Position numbers and translations under genes: made by a program. Below, one piece after another: positions 61,965 to 64,000 of a stretch of 64,000 nucleotides of DNA; the stretch's first letter is position 1; every line of letters starts with the position of its first letter. Location: contig JBFXDA010000001.1 of assembly GCA_050181585.1 (NCBI GenBank), positions 98,126-162,125 on the forward strand, in the 5' to 3' direction. The stretch is from Reyranellaceae bacterium (GTDB lineage Bacteria; Pseudomonadota; Alphaproteobacteria; Reyranellales; JAQSWP01). A model generated the notes under the pieces. The model was not told the DNA's origin. It did not search any database and saw nothing but the letters and a program-made list of their open reading frames with translations.

Positions 61965-62852
61965 TCAATGTCCGCCCGGGCCGCGCCGGCCCAGCCGCCA
62001 CTCGACCGCCGATTTGGCGATCAGCGTCGCCAGCGCCAGCAGGGCCAGCAGCGAGGCGACGGCGAAGGCGGCGACGAAGTTGTATTCGTTGTAGAGGATC
62101 TCGACATGCAGCGGCATGGTGTTGGTCAGGCCGCGGATGTGGCCGGAGACCACGGACACGGCGCCGAATTCGCCCATGGCGCGCGCATTGCACAGCAGCA
62201 CGCCGTAGAGCAGGCCCCATTTCACGTTGGGCAGCGTCACCCGCCGCACCGTCTGCCAGAAGCCGGCGCCCAGCGACACCGCCGCTTCCTCCTCCTGCGT
62301 GCCCTGCTCCTGCATCAGCGGGATCAGCTCGCGGGCGACGAAGGGGAAGGTGACGAAGACGGTCGCCAGCACGATGCCGGGCAGGGCGAAGATGATCTTG
62401 ATGTCGTGCGCCTGCAGCCACGGCCCCAGCCAGCCCTGCAGCCCGAACAGCAGCACATAGACCAGGCCGGAGATGACCGGCGACACCGAAAAGGGCAGGT
62501 CGATGAAGGTGGTCAGCAGGCTCTTGCCGCGGAACTCGAACTTGGCGATGGCCCAGGCGGCGAGGAAGCCGAACACCAGGTTGAGCGGCACGGCGATGGC
62601 GGCGACCAGCAGCGTCAGCTTGATCGCCGCCAGCGCGGCGGGTTCGGCCAAGGTCGCCAGATAGGGCGCCACGCCCTGGCGGAAAGCCTCGGCGAAGACC
62701 ACGACCAGCGGCAGGACGATGAACGCGGCCAGGAACGCCAGGCCGATGCCCAGCAGCACGAACCGCACCGAGCGCGGCTCGCCGCGGATGTCCTGGCGGG
62801 CGGCGGCGGCGAGGGCGGCGCCAGCGGAATAGTCCATGGTGACGACCGTCAT
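61965..62852 (-). CDS. cysW: sulfate ABC transporter permease CysW (set 2)
   Basis: [23 protein letters not shown]...[22 protein letters not shown]. An ATGA overlap joins it to the cysT stop. Confidence 0.88.
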   Translation of the reverse strand: MTVVTMDYSAGAALAAAARQDIRGEPRSVRFVLLGIGLAFLAAFIVLPLVVVFAEAFRQGVAPYLATLAEPAALAAIKLTLLVAAIAVPLNLVFGFLAAWAIAKFEFRGKSLLTTFIDLPFSVSPVISGLVYVLLFGLQGWLGPWLQAHDIKIIFALPGIVLATVFVTFPFVARELIPLMQEQGTQEEEAAVSLGAGFWQTVRRVTLPNVKWGLLYGVLLCNARAMGEFGAVSVVSGHIRGLTNTMPLHVEILYNEYNFVAAFAVASLLALLALATLIAKSAVEWRLGRRGPGGH

Positions 62853-63712
62853 TTTCCGGCGCCTCCCTGGCGGTTGCGGCTCCAGCGCTGCAACAGGTTG
62901 ATCAGCAGCAGCAGGACGAAGGACAGCATCAGCATGACGGCGGCGATCGCCGTCGCCTGGCCGTAGTCGTATTCCTCCAGCTTGATGACGATCAGCAGCG
63001 GGGCGATCTCGGAGATCATCGGCATGTTGCCGGCGATGAAGATGACCGAGCCGTATTCGCCGACGGCGCGGGCGAAAGCCAGGGCGAAGCCGGTGGCCAG
63101 CCCGGGCAGCAGGATCGGGAAGGTGACGCGGCGGAACGTCTGCCAGCGGCTGGCGCCCAGCGTGGCGGCGCATTCCTCCGAATCGGCCTCGAGGTCGAGC
63201 AGGATGGGCTGCAAGGTGCGCACCACGAAGGGCAGCCCGATGAAGACCAGGGCGACGAAGATGCCGGCCGGCGTGAAGGCGACCTTGATGCCCAGCAGGG
63301 CCAGCGGCGCGCCCAGCCAGCCGTTCTCGGCGAACAGCGCGGTCAGCGCGATGCCGGCGACGGCGGTGGGCAGGGCGAAGGGGATATCGACGATGGCGTC
63401 GGCGATGCGCTTGCCGGGGAAGTCGTAGCGCACCAGCACCCAGGCCAGGATCAGGCCGAACGCGGCGTTGACGGCGGCCGCCGCCAGCGAAATGCCGAAG
63501 CTCAGCTTCAGGGCGGCGACGACGCGCTCGTTCAGGGCGGCGGCGAGGAAACCGCTCCAGCCCAGCGTGCCGGCCTTGAGGAACAGGCTGGCCAGCGGCA
63601 CCAGCACGATCAGGCCGAGCCAGAACACGGTCAGGCCCAGCGCCAGCCCGAAACCGGGGATGGCGCTGGGCTGCCGCAGCGGCGGGAGGCGAGGGAGGAC
63701 CGCTGCGGTCAT
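62849..63712 (-). CDS. cysT: sulfate ABC transporter permease CysT (set 2)
   Basis: [23 protein letters not shown]...[18 protein letters not shown]. Confidence 0.88.
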   Translation of the reverse strand: MTAAVLPRLPPLRQPSAIPGFGLALGLTVFWLGLIVLVPLASLFLKAGTLGWSGFLAAALNERVVAALKLSFGISLAAAAVNAAFGLILAWVLVRYDFPGKRIADAIVDIPFALPTAVAGIALTALFAENGWLGAPLALLGIKVAFTPAGIFVALVFIGLPFVVRTLQPILLDLEADSEECAATLGASRWQTFRRVTFPILLPGLATGFALAFARAVGEYGSVIFIAGNMPMISEIAPLLIVIKLEEYDYGQATAIAAVMLMLSFVLLLLINLLQRWSRNRQGGAGK

Positions 63713-63718
63713 GACCGC

Positions 63719-64000
63719 CTACTTGCCCGGCTTGTAGATCTGGTCGAACACGCCGCCATCGGCGAAGTGCTCCTTCTGCGCCTTCTGCCAGCCGCCGAAC
63801 GTGTCGTCGATGGTGATCAGCTTGACGTTGGTGAAGGTGTCGGCATAGCGCTTGGCGACTTCCGGATTGCGCGGCCGGTAATAGTGTTTGGCGGCGATCT
63901 CCTGGCCTTCCGGCGTGTAGAGATGCTGCAGATAGGCTTCGGCCAGGGCGCGCGTGCCGCGCCGGTCGACCACCTTGTCGACCACCGCCACCGGCGGCTC
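63719..64000 (-). CDS. sulfate-binding protein (set 2), C-terminal fragment; the gene continues beyond the window
   Basis: ...[40 protein letters not shown]...[25 protein letters not shown] aligns with the C-terminus of the set-1 binding protein. Confidence 0.8.
   Translation of the reverse strand, partial: EPPVAVVDKVVDRRGTRALAEAYLQHLYTPEGQEIAAKHYYRPRNPEVAKRYADTFTNVKLITIDDTFGGWQKAQKEHFADGGVFDQIYKPGK

Overview
High-GC (roughly two-thirds G+C by eye) chromosomal segment with alphaproteobacterial, Rhodospirillales-like gene content. About 75 protein genes are densely packed, plus one tRNA-Gly(CCC). I found no rRNA, CRISPR array, transposase, integrase or phage genes. Many of the longest ORFs in the six-frame track (900-1100 aa, rich in Arg/Ala/Gly/Pro) are shadow frames of real genes, so I re-derived gene boundaries from internal ATGs, family motifs and third-position GC. 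Content by coordinate: 0-6 kb, acyl-CoA and fatty-acid type metabolism. 7-14 kb, a PHA locus: phaR, a small coiled-coil ORF, a short Cys-box PhaC-like synthase, a LytTR membrane protein, an acyltransferase-3, phaA and phaB. 14-24 kb, assorted hydrolases, two GSTs, gloB, and a TetR plus hydrolase pair. 24.5-29.3 kb, metW-metX, then chorismate mutase, hisC and tyrC. 29-37 kb, a class III cyclase, gpt, transporters, chaC, malonyl-CoA decarboxylase and a rhomboid protease. 56.7-64 kb, two tandem sulfate-uptake gene sets with metY between them. The most unusual region is about 38-53.5 kb. It is a mosaic tailoring and export cluster holding a PrsW-type protease, three membrane-anchored SGNH-like hydrolases and an SxtI/SxtJ/SxtK-like carbamoyltransferase triad. 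That triad includes a 49-aa ORF absent from the supplied track. The cluster also holds an inverted pair of uncharacterised GT8-like paralogs, a sulfotransferase, a methyltransferase, an ELM1-like protein, an MsbA-type ABC exporter and a nucleotide-sugar dehydrogenase. I could not recognise a backbone synthase, polymerase or flippase in it. Its first three genes are bracketed by two ~140-bp double-hairpin direct repeats. All functional calls rest on motif and family recognition from memory. No database search was run.
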